NCBI GenBank assembly: GCA_965261615.1
Contig: OZ253461.1
Location: 57,046 to 121,045 of the forward strand
DNA from: Alphaproteobacteria bacterium
GTDB taxonomy: Bacteria > Pseudomonadota > Alphaproteobacteria > Bin98
Length of the DNA: 64,000 nt
Direction of reading: 5' to 3'
The notes beneath the pieces are model-generated. The model searched no databases and was not told where the DNA came from. It worked only from the letters and a program-made list of their open reading frames with translations. The position numbers were made by a program, and so were the translations under genes. Positions 1 to 10,421 of the stretch are shown here, piece after piece. Position 1 is the stretch's first letter. Each line of letters opens with the position of its first letter.

Positions 1-678
1 TAGCCCTTTGCCTTCACTTGCACCCTCTATTAAACCAGGAATATCTTCAAAGATCACCTCTTGGTAATCATATACCACCATGCCTAAATTGGGGTACAGG
101 GTTGTAAAAGGAAAGCTCGCCACACGAGGTTTTGCACGCGATATTGTGCGTAAGAAAGAAGATTTACCAGCATTTGGTAAACCGACAAGCCCCACATCCG
201 CCAACAGGGTTAGCTGCAAATGGACCGACAGTCCACAACCTTCTCCTGGCTCCGATGTTTGACGGGTTCTTTGGTTAGTGGAGCTTTTAAAACAAGCGTT
301 TCCGGCTCCTCCACGTCCGCCAGCTAACACCAAGCAGCGTGGAACATCTGGAGAGACTTCTGCTAAAACACTTTCGCGAGACTCATCCAACACTTTAGTG
401 CCATACGGAACTTTCAAAAGAACAGGCTTAGCATCCGCACCTGTACGGCGCTTACCCATCCCTGCTTGACCATCTGCACCTTTCCAGGCTTTTTGATAAC
501 GATAGTCAACTAGCGTGTTCAGGTTTGGATCTGCGACAAGCCACACATCCGCACCTGCTCCACCATTGCCACCATCCGGGCCACCAAAGGGGTTATACTT
601 TGCTCGCAAAAAACTTACACAGCCACGACCACCAGAGCCGCTTTGTATATAAATGCGAACATCATCTACAAATTTCAT
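1..678 (-). CDS. obg: GTPase Obg/CgtA, N-terminal ~225 aa; C-terminus runs off the window edge
   Basis: Reverse-complement translation from the ATG at 676-678 reads [50 protein letters not shown]...[39 protein letters not shown]. This is the glycine-rich Obg fold followed by the G1 P-loop. Its ATG overlaps the rpmA stop (ATGA). Confidence 0.9.
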   Translation of the reverse strand, partial: MKFVDDVRIYIQSGSGGRGCVSFLRAKYNPFGGPDGGNGGAGADVWLVADPNLNTLVDYRYQKAWKGADGQAGMGKRRTGADAKPVLLKVPYGTKVLDESRESVLAEVSPDVPRCLVLAGGRGGAGNACFKSSTNQRTRQTSEPGEGCGLSVHLQLTLLADVGLVGLPNAGKSSFLRTISRAKPRVASFPFTTLYPNLGMVVYDYQEVIFEDIPGLIEGASEGKGL

Positions 679-935
679 GCAGACATCGGGTCAATAGCAA
701 CAAACACACGATTGTTTGCGCCTCGACGGAACTTCACAGTTCCGTTATGCTTAGCAAATAACGTGTGATCACGACCGATCCCCACGAAATCTCCAGCTCT
801 CATTTTAGTACCTCGCTGACGCACAATTATAGATCCTGCAAGAACAAACTGTCCGTCACCACATTTTACTCCCAACCTTTTACTGTGGGATTCTCGACCA
901 TTTCGGGAACTACCGCCCGCTTTTTTCGTAGCCAT
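675..935 (-). CDS. rpmA: 50S ribosomal protein L27
   Basis: The 86-aa [47 protein letters not shown]... is a canonical L27. It sits in the conserved rplU-rpmA-obg order. Confidence 0.95.
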   Translation of the reverse strand: MATKKAGGSSRNGRESHSKRLGVKCGDGQFVLAGSIIVRQRGTKMRAGDFVGIGRDHTLFAKHNGTVKFRRGANNRVFVAIDPMSA

Positions 936-937
936 AC

Positions 938-1510
938 CTACTCCTTCTTCTCAGCAGCATCAGCTTTTGTCACTGTTTTTTTAGCTGCCGGCTTTTTAGC
1001 TGCTGGCTTTTTAGGAGCCGCTGCTTTCTCTTCTTCTTTTTTCGCTGTACTTGCTTTTGTTGCCGCTTTCGGCTTATCTGCAGCCTGTGCTTTTGCAGGG
1101 GCCGCTTTTGCACTTGGCGCACCACCTAAAACCGCAACATCCACAGCTCCAGAAACTGTACCAACTTCACAAACCTTTTCCTGATTAGCATCAAAGTCTA
1201 CGATAAAGCGCAAAACCTCTAGCCTTGTTTGATCGGCACGAAAACCCTTCAAACGCTTATACCCTTGACGACGCTTCTTTTTAAAAGCAAAAACCTTTTT
1301 GTCACGAGCATGCTCTTGAACACGAACCACAACTCCAGAAGTCGCATCAAACGGCTCTCCCAAACGAAAATCTGCCTCATTAACAAAAAGGGCAACTCTT
1401 CGTATCAAAAAAACATCCCCTACTTCATACTGCAATCTATCTACCCAAAAACAATCTCCGTCAGACACTGAAAATTGCTTACCAGATATATCTATAATTC
1501 CTAACGCCAT
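938..1510 (-). CDS. rplU: 50S ribosomal protein L21 with a ~70-aa Lys/Ala/Pro-rich C-terminal extension
   Basis: [26 protein letters not shown]...[29 protein letters not shown] matches the L21 core. The start is probably the internal Met at ~1510 (MALGII) rather than the ORF start at 1537. The C-terminus [45 protein letters not shown] is a low-complexity, histone-H1-like tail. Confidence 0.85.
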   Translation of the reverse strand: MALGIIDISGKQFSVSDGDCFWVDRLQYEVGDVFLIRRVALFVNEADFRLGEPFDATSGVVVRVQEHARDKKVFAFKKKRRQGYKRLKGFRADQTRLEVLRFIVDFDANQEKVCEVGTVSGAVDVAVLGGAPSAKAAPAKAQAADKPKAATKASTAKKEEEKAAAPKKPAAKKPAAKKTVTKADAAEKKE

Positions 1511-1606
1511 AACGCTCCTTATCCTGAATTGTACCATAACTGATCCAACATCTCAACTCCCGCCGCCCATCTCTTCCAAATATACGACAAAAGCTATCAA
1601 ACAGGA

Positions 1607-2485
1607 CTACACTTTAGCAAAAAACTCTTTCTCAACCGCCTCTTGGCCACGCAACCAATTTACGCTACCACACAATCGCTGGTTTTGCATAAGATCTGTC
1701 AAGACAGCGGTTGTCGTACATACCGGCACAGTAATTATAGAAGGCATATCATAAATGCTCTCATCAGATAACATCTGCAAAGTCATTTTCCCATGAACTT
1801 CTACGAACGACATACTATGGATTAAAGGGCTAAAAACCCCCACCGGGACATTTCGGTGCGCTTTTAAGAACACATCTTTTATCTTCCCTGAAAAAAACAC
1901 ATTTTCCCTGTCCACTCGAGCCATATAACGGCCTTTTGATGCCATCGTAAAGTCTACACAAAAAGACTGCTTTATGGCCTTTATATCAAAATCCCAGGCC
2001 ATAGCAAAGCGCAAAAAGGAGACCCCCTCTTCCACCACTGAAATCGCATTCATGAAGGAGACCTCTGTTTCTGAGTAAGGCCGGTTTTGCTGCGCGGCCT
2101 TAATGGTTGCGGGATTCAATCGACCCACTGTCTGTATTTTTTCTATGCTTCTTTCTGGCAAAAAGGCCAGCAAGAACCGTCTCAAATTGCTGGCCTGCTC
2201 TGCGTCCAATTCAAACCGTGTCGAGGCTGGCAGTCTCACCGGCAACGGCCTAGGCACCGCAGAGCTACGGTCTTGCCACCACTCTGCCACAAACCGGACA
2301 CACATGCTCAAGGCCGTGCCCACACTTGGACTAAATACCAATAATGTCACAGCACGCACACCAACATCTGCTACGTCTTCTAAATCACTCGTCTGCAACT
2401 CTCCACGCTGAAAGGCTCCAGCACTTAGGGGGCTTGCGCTCCAAAACATCACACAAAAAAGCAGACTAACAACTCTCTTCATCAC
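1607..2485 (-). CDS. Hypothetical secreted protein (N-terminal signal peptide)
   Basis: 292-aa ORF. The N-terminus MMKRVVSLLFCVMFWSASPLSAGA looks like a Sec signal. No motifs recognised. Confidence 0.5.
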   Translation of the reverse strand: MMKRVVSLLFCVMFWSASPLSAGAFQRGELQTSDLEDVADVGVRAVTLLVFSPSVGTALSMCVRFVAEWWQDRSSAVPRPLPVRLPASTRFELDAEQASNLRRFLLAFLPERSIEKIQTVGRLNPATIKAAQQNRPYSETEVSFMNAISVVEEGVSFLRFAMAWDFDIKAIKQSFCVDFTMASKGRYMARVDRENVFFSGKIKDVFLKAHRNVPVGVFSPLIHSMSFVEVHGKMTLQMLSDESIYDMPSIITVPVCTTTAVLTDLMQNQRLCGSVNWLRGQEAVEKEFFAKV

Positions 2486-3869
2486 CCCACCTTATGGAAA
2501 CAGTCTCTGAAGCAAACTCTTTTGACACAGTTACGCCCAAAGGAGCCCCCAGAATAAGGGCCTCATACGCATAGCAAATCGTTGGCAATACAATCTGCGG
2601 GCCATACCGCACCCTTATCTTCGAAAAATCGTGGTTTGCCTCCACCTTGTCTATAGAGCCAACCAACACTGCCCGCAGATCTGCCAAAAAATCTTGCAGA
2701 CCATTTACATCTCTCGGCTGCACATGATTATCAAACACACTCTTTATTCGTTTAACCCTAAAGTCCAAACCAATGCATTGTTGCATCCATTCAAACCCCT
2801 TAGAGCACCCCATGAGGTATGATAGTACATAGTCTCTATCTAAAGGAACCTCCTCCCCCAAAAGAACAGCCTTCTCAGCATTTTTTGACCAAAACAGTAA
2901 CAGCGCATCATAAAAGTAATATAAATAGGGATCTTTGTCCTTTAGTTTGTGGCGCACAGTTTGGTCGTTAGCAGGCAAAATATAAAACATTGAGTGGGGC
3001 AAAATTGGCACAGCAGCCACCTTCAACGGCGTTGCATCCCCATCCAAAGGGCTCTTCACATCTAAAACTTCAGCATTTGGAAGAGACTGAAATGACGCAT
3101 CTATTGCATCCTCGTGCACACTCCAAAGCAAAAGAGAGTCTACCGCATGCTCTACTGCCATTGCAACAAATGTTGCAATGGGCTTTACTGTGTTAAAAAC
3201 AATAACACGCTTATTCCCAGAAAGTACACGATGCGACCCCACAGTCGGCTCTGGCAGTTCGGCCTCAAGCAACAAGTAACACTCTACAAAAGACTTAGTT
3301 GTTGTCAAAAACTTTGGAACAGAAAATAAGGCCTGAAATTTCTGAATACCCTCCATCTTTACCCCAAACAGCTCCTTTATAAAGCCACGGGATCGGGAGC
3401 TTTCCTTTGCAGCAGCAAACAAACTATTGTCCGTCAAGTTTTGTCCTGATAGGCACTGAAAGTCGCTGCGTGCTTTAAACAGATCAACCATAACTCCTGC
3501 CATATCCCGCTCTAACCCCACATACATCAGCTCATCATAAGATTTTGAGTAGCGCAGATAAATGGACTTGCCCTTTAGCTTCTGTGACTCTGGCAAAGGC
3601 TTGACCATTTTTGCTACGTGCCCGGCCTCTGCATCCAAACCCTTTGTTTTCAAAACCGCCACCAAAGACAGCACACAAGGCAAAATTGTATAAGGGTCAA
3701 GCCAACCAGGCAGTCGTCCACTAACCCAAGACACAGGAGATGCGGTGCCATTAAGCCAATCAGTCTCATTACCTGCCTGCAAACTTTGGGATCCCCACAA
3801 ACCAACAAACAGCACAAAACAAAACTTACCCATAATAGTGACTTTACTGAGGATAGAACAAAAAATCAA
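2466..3869 (-). CDS. Hypothetical secreted protein
   Basis: 467-aa ORF with a hydrophobic N-terminus (MGKFCFVLFVGLWGSQSLQAG; the true start may be ~3833). No recognisable catalytic motifs. Confidence 0.5.
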   Translation of the reverse strand: MIFCSILSKVTIMGKFCFVLFVGLWGSQSLQAGNETDWLNGTASPVSWVSGRLPGWLDPYTILPCVLSLVAVLKTKGLDAEAGHVAKMVKPLPESQKLKGKSIYLRYSKSYDELMYVGLERDMAGVMVDLFKARSDFQCLSGQNLTDNSLFAAAKESSRSRGFIKELFGVKMEGIQKFQALFSVPKFLTTTKSFVECYLLLEAELPEPTVGSHRVLSGNKRVIVFNTVKPIATFVAMAVEHAVDSLLLWSVHEDAIDASFQSLPNAEVLDVKSPLDGDATPLKVAAVPILPHSMFYILPANDQTVRHKLKDKDPYLYYFYDALLLFWSKNAEKAVLLGEEVPLDRDYVLSYLMGCSKGFEWMQQCIGLDFRVKRIKSVFDNHVQPRDVNGLQDFLADLRAVLVGSIDKVEANHDFSKIRVRYGPQIVLPTICYAYEALILGAPLGVTVSKEFASETVSIRWGDEESC

Positions 3870-4035
3870 CTCGACCTTAATAGGTGGAGGGTTTTCTCTG
3901 TCTTTTGTTGCGCTCGAACAACTTTTCTGACAACCTGTGCCAGAACGGCATCGACACGTCCATTTACACCTCTCTTATGAAAGCTATCTCTTGTGCCTAA
4001 TTGCCGCATCACGCTAATATGTTTTTGGAGGTTTA

Positions 4036-4668
4036 ATGCACTTATTCAAGTCTTTTTGCAGCGCCAGCCTTTTAGAGCAGGTGCTAGCTATTACATTATC
4101 GAGCATGTCAATTATCAGCTGGGGAATTGCGATTTTCACCTATCGTGTACTGCTCTCTCTACAGAAAGAGGCTCACAAACTCCAAAGTTTGACAAAAAAC
4201 CCAGCCGGTTTAGAGCAGCTGTACACAATCTCACAAAACGGACGGTCTCTTAACTGCTCAACTCTACAAAGCTTTTTTGAATTGTGGAAACAGTGCCAGA
4301 ATAAGGCAAATTTCGTTAAGGATTCCACAGACTTGCTCGTTCAAGAAGCCGCCACGCGCGCATCCGCTTTTGTGCCCTGGCTCGCAACTATTGCAAGCTC
4401 CGCCCCATTCATAGGGCTGCTAGGCACTGTTCTCGGCATTATGGAAAGCTTTGAATCAATTGCTAACGCGCAAAACACCCAACTTTCTGTTGTTGCCCCC
4501 GGAATCGCCGCTGCACTAGCCGCAACCGCACTAGGACTTATTGCCGCCATTCCCGCCTCTATTTTATATAATGCCTTATGCGCAAAAACAGATGTGTTTG
4601 AACAAAACTTACATCGAATAATCTTTCTCTGCCAACAGACTTTACAACAAAAACAATCTAATGCCTAA
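4036..4668 (+). CDS. tolQ: Tol-Pal system proton channel TolQ (MotA/TolQ/ExbB family)
   Basis: SSAPFIGLLGTVLGIMESF...APGIAAALAATALGLIAAIPASILYN is the MotA/TolQ/ExbB signature. TolR, TolA and TolB follow it. Confidence 0.85.
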   Translation: MHLFKSFCSASLLEQVLAITLSSMSIISWGIAIFTYRVLLSLQKEAHKLQSLTKNPAGLEQLYTISQNGRSLNCSTLQSFFELWKQCQNKANFVKDSTDLLVQEAATRASAFVPWLATIASSAPFIGLLGTVLGIMESFESIANAQNTQLSVVAPGIAAALAATALGLIAAIPASILYNALCAKTDVFEQNLHRIIFLCQQTLQQKQSNA

Positions 4669-5062
4669 AAAACGCACTTTACAGTCCTCTATTAACGTGA
4701 CTCCTTTCATTGACGTCATGTTAGTCCTTCTTGTTGTTTTTATTATTACAGCGCCACTCATAACGTCACAGCTAGACCTGTCGTTACCTCAAAGTCATGG
4801 ACCTACTGTAGAAACTAAAGACGGCATTATAACCATATCTATGGATCGTCACGGAGACATTTTTTATGAAAATAAAAAAACCTCTTTAGAAAACCTCCTC
4901 AGTATATTGCGTTCAATTGTAAAAAACAACCCGCAGGTTCAGTGCTCTATTGAGGCACACAAAAGTTTATCGTATGAAAAGGTTTTATCCATTCTTGACC
5001 ACATTAGTCAGTTAGGACTGCTCAATGTTTCACTCATCACTCAAACAGCACACGCCTCATAA
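4661..5062 (+). CDS. tolR: TolR/ExbD biopolymer transport protein
   Basis: NVTPFIDVMLVLLVVFIITAPL is the ExbD/TolR TM motif. It overlaps the tolQ stop by 8 nt (operon). Confidence 0.8.
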   Translation: MPKKRTLQSSINVTPFIDVMLVLLVVFIITAPLITSQLDLSLPQSHGPTVETKDGIITISMDRHGDIFYENKKTSLENLLSILRSIVKNNPQVQCSIEAHKSLSYEKVLSILDHISQLGLLNVSLITQTAHAS

Positions 5063-5918
5063 AACAATTTCGCTTATTCACTGCATCGGGCTCGCAGCTT
5101 TAATCGAGATTACCGTTGCTATCCTTATGGCTTGCAAATTTCCCTCCATGCCAGTGGAACCTAAAATTTTAGTGCCTCCCAAAAGTGTAACGGTAATGAT
5201 CAAAGCACCCATCCAAGAAAAAACTAGCACCCCCGATCATACTCCTCTTACTCCCCCTCAGGCCCCACCCTCAAAATCTGAGCAAGCCCTGAAGCCAGCA
5301 CCATTTATCGGAAGCACCACCCCACCCTCACAATCCAGTCCAGCCAAAAAGGACTCTGCCCCAAAAAAGAAAAAAAAATCCCCAAAGCCACTATCCCCCA
5401 AAAACAACACACCCAAACCATCAGTCACACCTGAGCCCAAAGCGCAGCAGAAAGACCCCGATCCATCTGCTTCAGCAAGCCTTCCTAACAAAACACCAGC
5501 GTCTGAACAGTCCTACGAAGAAGCCGCACCTCTCCTTAAAAACCTAGCCGCACCTACGCCTCCAGAAACGGTTCCAGAAAATCCATCCCCAGAACCACAT
5601 GATCCAGAAGACATTTCCAAAGCACTCTCTATTTCTGAGCTTGATGCCTTTAAAAAGCAGCTAGCACGCTGCTGGATTATGCCCGCCTCCGCAGCGGACA
5701 AAGCCATCGCAGTAACCTTAGAAGTGCAAGCGCTTCCTTCCGGAGCCATCTCTAAAGTCAAAGTGGTTGCTCCCAAAACAAAAAGTCCAGCGACACGGCG
5801 CGTTATAAAAAGAGCAAAAGCCACATTTTCTCACCCTGACTGCGCCACCCTTTTTCTACCTAAAGATCGTTATGATCAATGGCAATCTTTTCTTATTACA
5901 TTTTCATCGGAGAATTAA
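5025..5918 (+). CDS. tolA: TolA-like protein (TM anchor, Pro/Lys-rich spacer, TolA/TonB-type C-terminal domain)
   Basis: An N-terminal membrane anchor, a long Pro/Lys/Ser-rich low-complexity region, and a C-terminus (FKKQLARCWIMPASAADKAIAVTLEVQALPSGAISKVKVV) that resembles the TolA C-terminal domain. Its position between tolR and tolB supports the call. Confidence 0.6.
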   Translation: MFHSSLKQHTPHKTISLIHCIGLAALIEITVAILMACKFPSMPVEPKILVPPKSVTVMIKAPIQEKTSTPDHTPLTPPQAPPSKSEQALKPAPFIGSTTPPSQSSPAKKDSAPKKKKKSPKPLSPKNNTPKPSVTPEPKAQQKDPDPSASASLPNKTPASEQSYEEAAPLLKNLAAPTPPETVPENPSPEPHDPEDISKALSISELDAFKKQLARCWIMPASAADKAIAVTLEVQALPSGAISKVKVVAPKTKSPATRRVIKRAKATFSHPDCATLFLPKDRYDQWQSFLITFSSEN

Positions 5919-5919
5919 C

Positions 5920-7203
5920 ATGCTTTTCTTACTTTTAATTACAGTTGCTTCTTATACCCTTCAAGCCTTGTCCGTCTCTCTTAACGCCGGACGCGCACCA
6001 TCCTTTAACTTTACCGTGATTCCCACACAAAAACCACACACAACTATCACGGATATACTCTGCGATGACTTAAAATCTACTTCATTTTTTGCAGAGCACG
6101 CCGCGGTGATCGAAAATGTAGCATACCCCAACCCACCACAATTTAACTTGTGGTCAGCAAATAAAACACACTATGTCGTTTCTGCTAATGTAACTCAGTC
6201 AGAAAAAAACACCTTTGATGTAAGTTATAAAGTTTGGGATATTTTAGGTCGTCAGGTGCTTTTTTCTGGAGCCCTTCAAACAGAAGAAAAGTTTTTACGT
6301 CGAACGTCCCACATTATTGCTGACCGTATTCATGAGCAGGTAACAGGGCTTCCCTCCTGCTTTGATACACAAATCACCTTTATTCACGAAGAGCAGCAAG
6401 GCAATAAAATCATAAAGCGACTCGCAATTATGGATCAAGACGGTCATAACTGCAGACTACTCACTCCACCAAACCTACACGTGCTTGCCCCTGTTTTTGC
6501 CCCGGACCCACGCTATATTTGCTTTACCAGCTTTCGTAAAGGTATGGCCATGGCATATATTTTTGACCTAGAAACGGGAAAAGTCCAATTTTTAACAGAC
6601 TTTCCTGGCATCTCTTATGCTCCACGCTTTTCCCCCGACGGAAAAAAACTCATTTTTAGTGGTGCGCGAGAGGCAGCTTCCAACATTTTTACATACGACA
6701 TTAACTCCAAAAAAATAAACCAGCTCACAACAACAAACTTAACAGAAACATCCCCTTGTTACTCCCCTGACGGTGAAAGCATTGTCTTTACTGCCGGACA
6801 AAACTCAACGCCCCACCTTTTCATTATGGACAAATACGGAAAAAACAGAAAACAAATCACGTTCTCAAAAGGTGGATATAGCGCCCCTGCATGGTCTCCT
6901 GATGGACGCACCATAGCCTTTACCAAATACTACAAGGGACGCGCTTATTTAGGTGTTATTCTCCCAGACGGATCCGGTGAGCGTCTTATCACAGAAGGGT
7001 ATATGATTGCCGGACCTCAGTGGTCTCCAGATGGCCAAAGTATTGTTTTTTGCCGAAAAGAAAAACGCTCAGGCAAACAAATCAATTCTAGCAAAATTTG
7101 CTGTATTGACCTTACAGGGCACAAAGAGCGCACTATTAAAACAATTAAGTTTGGCTCTGACCCTTCTTGGTCCACTCGCCTTCCCGTTCAAACGAAAGAA
7201 TAG
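5920..7203 (+). CDS. tolB: Tol-Pal system beta-propeller protein TolB
   Basis: Repeated SPDG beta-propeller blades (FSPDGKKLIFSG, YSPDGESIVFTA, WSPDGRTIAFTK, WSPDGQSIVFCR). The start is taken at ATG 5920, which is preceded by GGAGAA and lies immediately after the tolA stop. Confidence 0.85.
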   Translation: MLFLLLITVASYTLQALSVSLNAGRAPSFNFTVIPTQKPHTTITDILCDDLKSTSFFAEHAAVIENVAYPNPPQFNLWSANKTHYVVSANVTQSEKNTFDVSYKVWDILGRQVLFSGALQTEEKFLRRTSHIIADRIHEQVTGLPSCFDTQITFIHEEQQGNKIIKRLAIMDQDGHNCRLLTPPNLHVLAPVFAPDPRYICFTSFRKGMAMAYIFDLETGKVQFLTDFPGISYAPRFSPDGKKLIFSGAREAASNIFTYDINSKKINQLTTTNLTETSPCYSPDGESIVFTAGQNSTPHLFIMDKYGKNRKQITFSKGGYSAPAWSPDGRTIAFTKYYKGRAYLGVILPDGSGERLITEGYMIAGPQWSPDGQSIVFCRKEKRSGKQINSSKICCIDLTGHKERTIKTIKFGSDPSWSTRLPVQTKE

Positions 7204-7235
7204 ATAAGCGCTTGTTAACCAGGCGGGCTATTACT

Positions 7236-8516
7236 TTAGCCCGTCACCTTCACACCCCATGACGCCCAGTCCTCTCCTACTGGAACACCACTTTCGTCAG
7301 CAGACAAAATAACGCAGGTTCCAAGCGAAGACAAAATGTCAGCAGCAACCCTCCTCACCTCATCTTTCGTCGTTGCACACAGCTCCTTCACCCTTATAGC
7401 AGAGTCAAATATCTCACCTTTATGTAAGTAAAACTCCGCAATGGATCGCGCACGACTACCGCTAGACTCCCAACGCATGAAGCTTTGAGCATATATCTGT
7501 TTGCGCGCCTGCTCCATCTCCTCATCTGTTGGACCGTTTTCTGCTAAATCACGTACTTGCTCAATGGTCAAACGCAGAACTTTTTTTATTTCCTCGTTAG
7601 AGGTCCCTGCATACATACCCCACAAACCAGCTTCTTTAAACGCAGAATAAAAAGTACTAATTGTATACACTAAACCAAATTTTTCACGAACTTCGTACAC
7701 CAGTCGAGAGGACATTCCTCCACTCAATAAAATATTAGTAAACATCCATGCATCCGCCAGTGGTGCACCTATTTTAGGTGCCCGACAGCCCCAAATTAAC
7801 TGCGCCTGCTTCATCTCTTTTCGGCAGTAATGGTGCGTGCCCCCTTGGTGTATGGGCTCTTCACTGTCACTCAAAGGCAACTCATTCGGCGGAATGCTGT
7901 AACTCTTTTCGATGTAGCTCACAATAGTATCATGATCAACATCTCCAGACGCCACCATTACAGTACGACTAGGGCTATAGTATCTCGTAATAAACTCCCT
8001 CAACACTTCTGGCGTCATGGCTTTTATAGTTTCTTCAGAGCCCAAAATAGGCCGAGCTAAGCTATGTTTTCCAAAAACATGCTCTTGAAAATAATCAAAT
8101 ATAATGTCGTCTGGTGTATCAATTGACTGCATCAACTCTTGCAAAATAACAGTACGCTCACGCTCCATTTCTTCTTGGTCGAGGGTAGAATTTTGTAGCA
8201 TATCACTTAACACGTCTACCAGAACATGTGCATCGCTTGACAGAACCTTTCCATAGTAGGCGGTTACTTCTCGTGAAGTATAGGCGTTAAAATACCCCCC
8301 TAGCCTCTCAATTTCTAAAGAAATATCTAACGCACTTCTTTTCTCTGTGCCTTTAAACGCCATATGCTCAAAAAAATGAGCAGCTCCATTATTAGCATCT
8401 TGCTCACAAACGCTCCCAGCTTTAATCCAAAACCCAAGGGAAGCTGTCTGAACTTCTGGCATTTTATCGGTAATAACCACTAACCCATTTTTTAATTTTG
8501 TTTTTTGTATACTCAT
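7236..8516 (-). CDS. M16-family zinc metallopeptidase (insulinase/pitrilysin-like)
   Basis: An inverted zinc motif HFFEH, then ...ERLGGYFNAYTSREVTAYY, which is typical of M16 peptidases. 426 aa. Confidence 0.85.
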   Translation of the reverse strand: MSIQKTKLKNGLVVITDKMPEVQTASLGFWIKAGSVCEQDANNGAAHFFEHMAFKGTEKRSALDISLEIERLGGYFNAYTSREVTAYYGKVLSSDAHVLVDVLSDMLQNSTLDQEEMERERTVILQELMQSIDTPDDIIFDYFQEHVFGKHSLARPILGSEETIKAMTPEVLREFITRYYSPSRTVMVASGDVDHDTIVSYIEKSYSIPPNELPLSDSEEPIHQGGTHHYCRKEMKQAQLIWGCRAPKIGAPLADAWMFTNILLSGGMSSRLVYEVREKFGLVYTISTFYSAFKEAGLWGMYAGTSNEEIKKVLRLTIEQVRDLAENGPTDEEMEQARKQIYAQSFMRWESSGSRARSIAEFYLHKGEIFDSAIRVKELCATTKDEVRRVAADILSSLGTCVILSADESGVPVGEDWASWGVKVTG

Positions 8517-8585
8517 CGCTTTATTTAAATACTACTACAAAACCCTCGATTTTACCTTAAAAGATATAACAGCGTAAACGATTTT

Positions 8586-9179
8586 CTACAAGAACTTTTC
8601 TCTCAGCAACTGCGCAGCCCTATTTCCCACGCAATAGCTCATTCTTACAAGCATCTTATTTTCGGCCCTCAGCGGCAGTGCACATTCATATCTCTCCTCA
8701 CTATACACACTCTCCCAATACTGCTTTGCCTTATCTAAAAATTTACACTTTACGTCTGCACTTGCCTTGTCCCAACTGCACACATCCTCACCCTCTAAAA
8801 GCTCTGCCAAATTATGTACCCATTTTTTTTCTAGCCGCACAGGGCGACTACTGTTCAAAACGTAGTCCAATCGTGTAAGCGTTTCTCCAGATTGAAAAGA
8901 TTCGTCTTTCAGATTTTCCAATGTCGCGTACGCCTCTTCATCAATCCGGGGCGATTTGATGAAGCCCTCTAAAAGGCGCACTCGTTTTACTGTGGCTTCC
9001 CTTGCATTCTCATACGCTTTCAAATCAGCTTCACACAGCCACTGGCTTACTGCAGAAGAGTTCACTAAAACCTCCTCACCTTTTTCCAGTTTTTGATACA
9101 AACCTAGCTCGTCTTCCCTAAGAAAACCAGCTGAATACACACTACTGGCAATAATTAATACACACAACGCTTTAAACAT
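8586..9179 (-). CDS. Hypothetical secreted protein; paralog of 10422..11021
   Basis: Signal peptide MFKALCVLIIASSVYSAG. It shares LVNSS..QWL and a C-terminal Cys-containing region with the 199-aa ORF at 10422..11021. Confidence 0.5.
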   Translation of the reverse strand: MFKALCVLIIASSVYSAGFLREDELGLYQKLEKGEEVLVNSSAVSQWLCEADLKAYENAREATVKRVRLLEGFIKSPRIDEEAYATLENLKDESFQSGETLTRLDYVLNSSRPVRLEKKWVHNLAELLEGEDVCSWDKASADVKCKFLDKAKQYWESVYSEERYECALPLRAENKMLVRMSYCVGNRAAQLLREKFL

Positions 9180-9186
9180 AATTCAC

Positions 9187-10314
9187 CTATTTTTCTTCAT
9201 CCCAAAGGAGCTTCTTTTCTTGAATTTTTCCCAGAATCACCCGGGCCCAATCCAACACAATCAACATCTGGTTACTCCCATACGCTCGACGCACTGTTGC
9301 TGAAGAGTGCGATAAAGCCAGGTGCCAAAACAAAGTCGATAGAGCTTTCGCATGCTCTTTGACACCACTCGACAAATAAGCATCACTCCTTTGCACCATC
9401 GTGCGCACAGAACTCAAGACACTATATACTGAATCGTCTAAACACCAAGCAGAACTTTCATACAAACCTCTCAGCTCTTCGACATACTGCTCCAAAAGAT
9501 CTTTCTGTGCACTATCAACGCACAACAACTCAGGGCCTTTAAGGGCCTGAATCTGATCCAACACCTTCTGGCAAACACTATATGGCGCCTGCCCTCTAAA
9601 CCACGCAAGCAAATTACCATCTCCACTTTCTGCACATACATCAGACAAGTCCCACTCTTTTTCCTTCTCTGAAAACAAGTTGCAAAATGCAGTAGGAGCA
9701 ACATCCTTCTTCTTTAATAAACTCTCAAAAAAAGACGTATTCTTCAATCCTATCGCACTCACTGCGCCACTATCCGCACCAGGAAATTGAATCCTAGCAC
9801 TTTTCACTGCCTTTACCAAACTCTGGTAAATTTCTCCACTAGACTGTTTTTCGTTCATAACAAGCTTCGGAGCCTCGCGCTCCAGCCTCTTCACCCGCTC
9901 AATAGCATGACTGTCTGCAAAGGGTCGGGAATGGGGTGGGCAAATAACCGGACAATCAACCTTCAAAAGTGATGTTCTCTCCATTTCCAGAGCTCGCCTT
10001 TTTTTAGACGCGACAGCACAAGCAAATAGACGTTGTGCCACCACATCTGCCTCACCTTCATCAACCTTTTCCCACGATTTAGTACGATCCACCGCTTTTT
10101 CTAAAGCGTTTTTATGTTCATGAAAGACACCTTCCCACGTCTTGAGATCTTGCCCAACAACAGCCAGCCGCTCTTGTGCAGCATTGAACGCTAACCTCTG
10201 CTCCTCTATACGCCGACGCCTTTCCAAGGCTTTCGTCAACTCTTCATCTGCTGCAATTGCAACTACACTCACCATCAGCATTACGAATACTTTCATCACA
10301 TATCTCCAATACAC
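9187..10314 (-). CDS. Hypothetical secreted protein; paralog of 11018..11998
   Basis: Signal peptide MKVFVMLMVSVVAIAADEELTKALE. It resembles the N-terminus and overall layout of the 326-aa ORF at 11018..11998. Confidence 0.5.
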   Translation of the reverse strand: MYWRYVMKVFVMLMVSVVAIAADEELTKALERRRRIEEQRLAFNAAQERLAVVGQDLKTWEGVFHEHKNALEKAVDRTKSWEKVDEGEADVVAQRLFACAVASKKRRALEMERTSLLKVDCPVICPPHSRPFADSHAIERVKRLEREAPKLVMNEKQSSGEIYQSLVKAVKSARIQFPGADSGAVSAIGLKNTSFFESLLKKKDVAPTAFCNLFSEKEKEWDLSDVCAESGDGNLLAWFRGQAPYSVCQKVLDQIQALKGPELLCVDSAQKDLLEQYVEELRGLYESSAWCLDDSVYSVLSSVRTMVQRSDAYLSSGVKEHAKALSTLFWHLALSHSSATVRRAYGSNQMLIVLDWARVILGKIQEKKLLWDEEK

Positions 10315-10421
10315 TATTTGCCTTATCTAAAAATCACTCACAACAGAAAGTCACTACACGACCCTCTCATACACAACTTTGTACCTTTAACCTCACTCTA
10401 ATACAGTTACCAAAGAAACAC

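Noticed and set aside
525-761. + strand ORFs 80..262, 278..469 and 525..761 at the start of the window
   Set aside because: They lie antisense within the obg coding region, whose reverse-strand translation is an unmistakable Obg N-terminus. They are spurious.
765-1184. + strand 139-aa ORF rich in Ala/Phe
   Set aside because: It is antisense to rpmA and rplU. The low-complexity translation is the mirror image of the Lys/Ala-rich rplU tail.
2087-3980. Multiple short + strand ORFs (2087..2344, 2103..2411, 2631..2822, 2990..3196, 3114..3329, 3618..3980)
   Set aside because: All are embedded antisense within the long minus-strand ORFs 1607..2485 and 2466..3869. None has a motif or an RBS.
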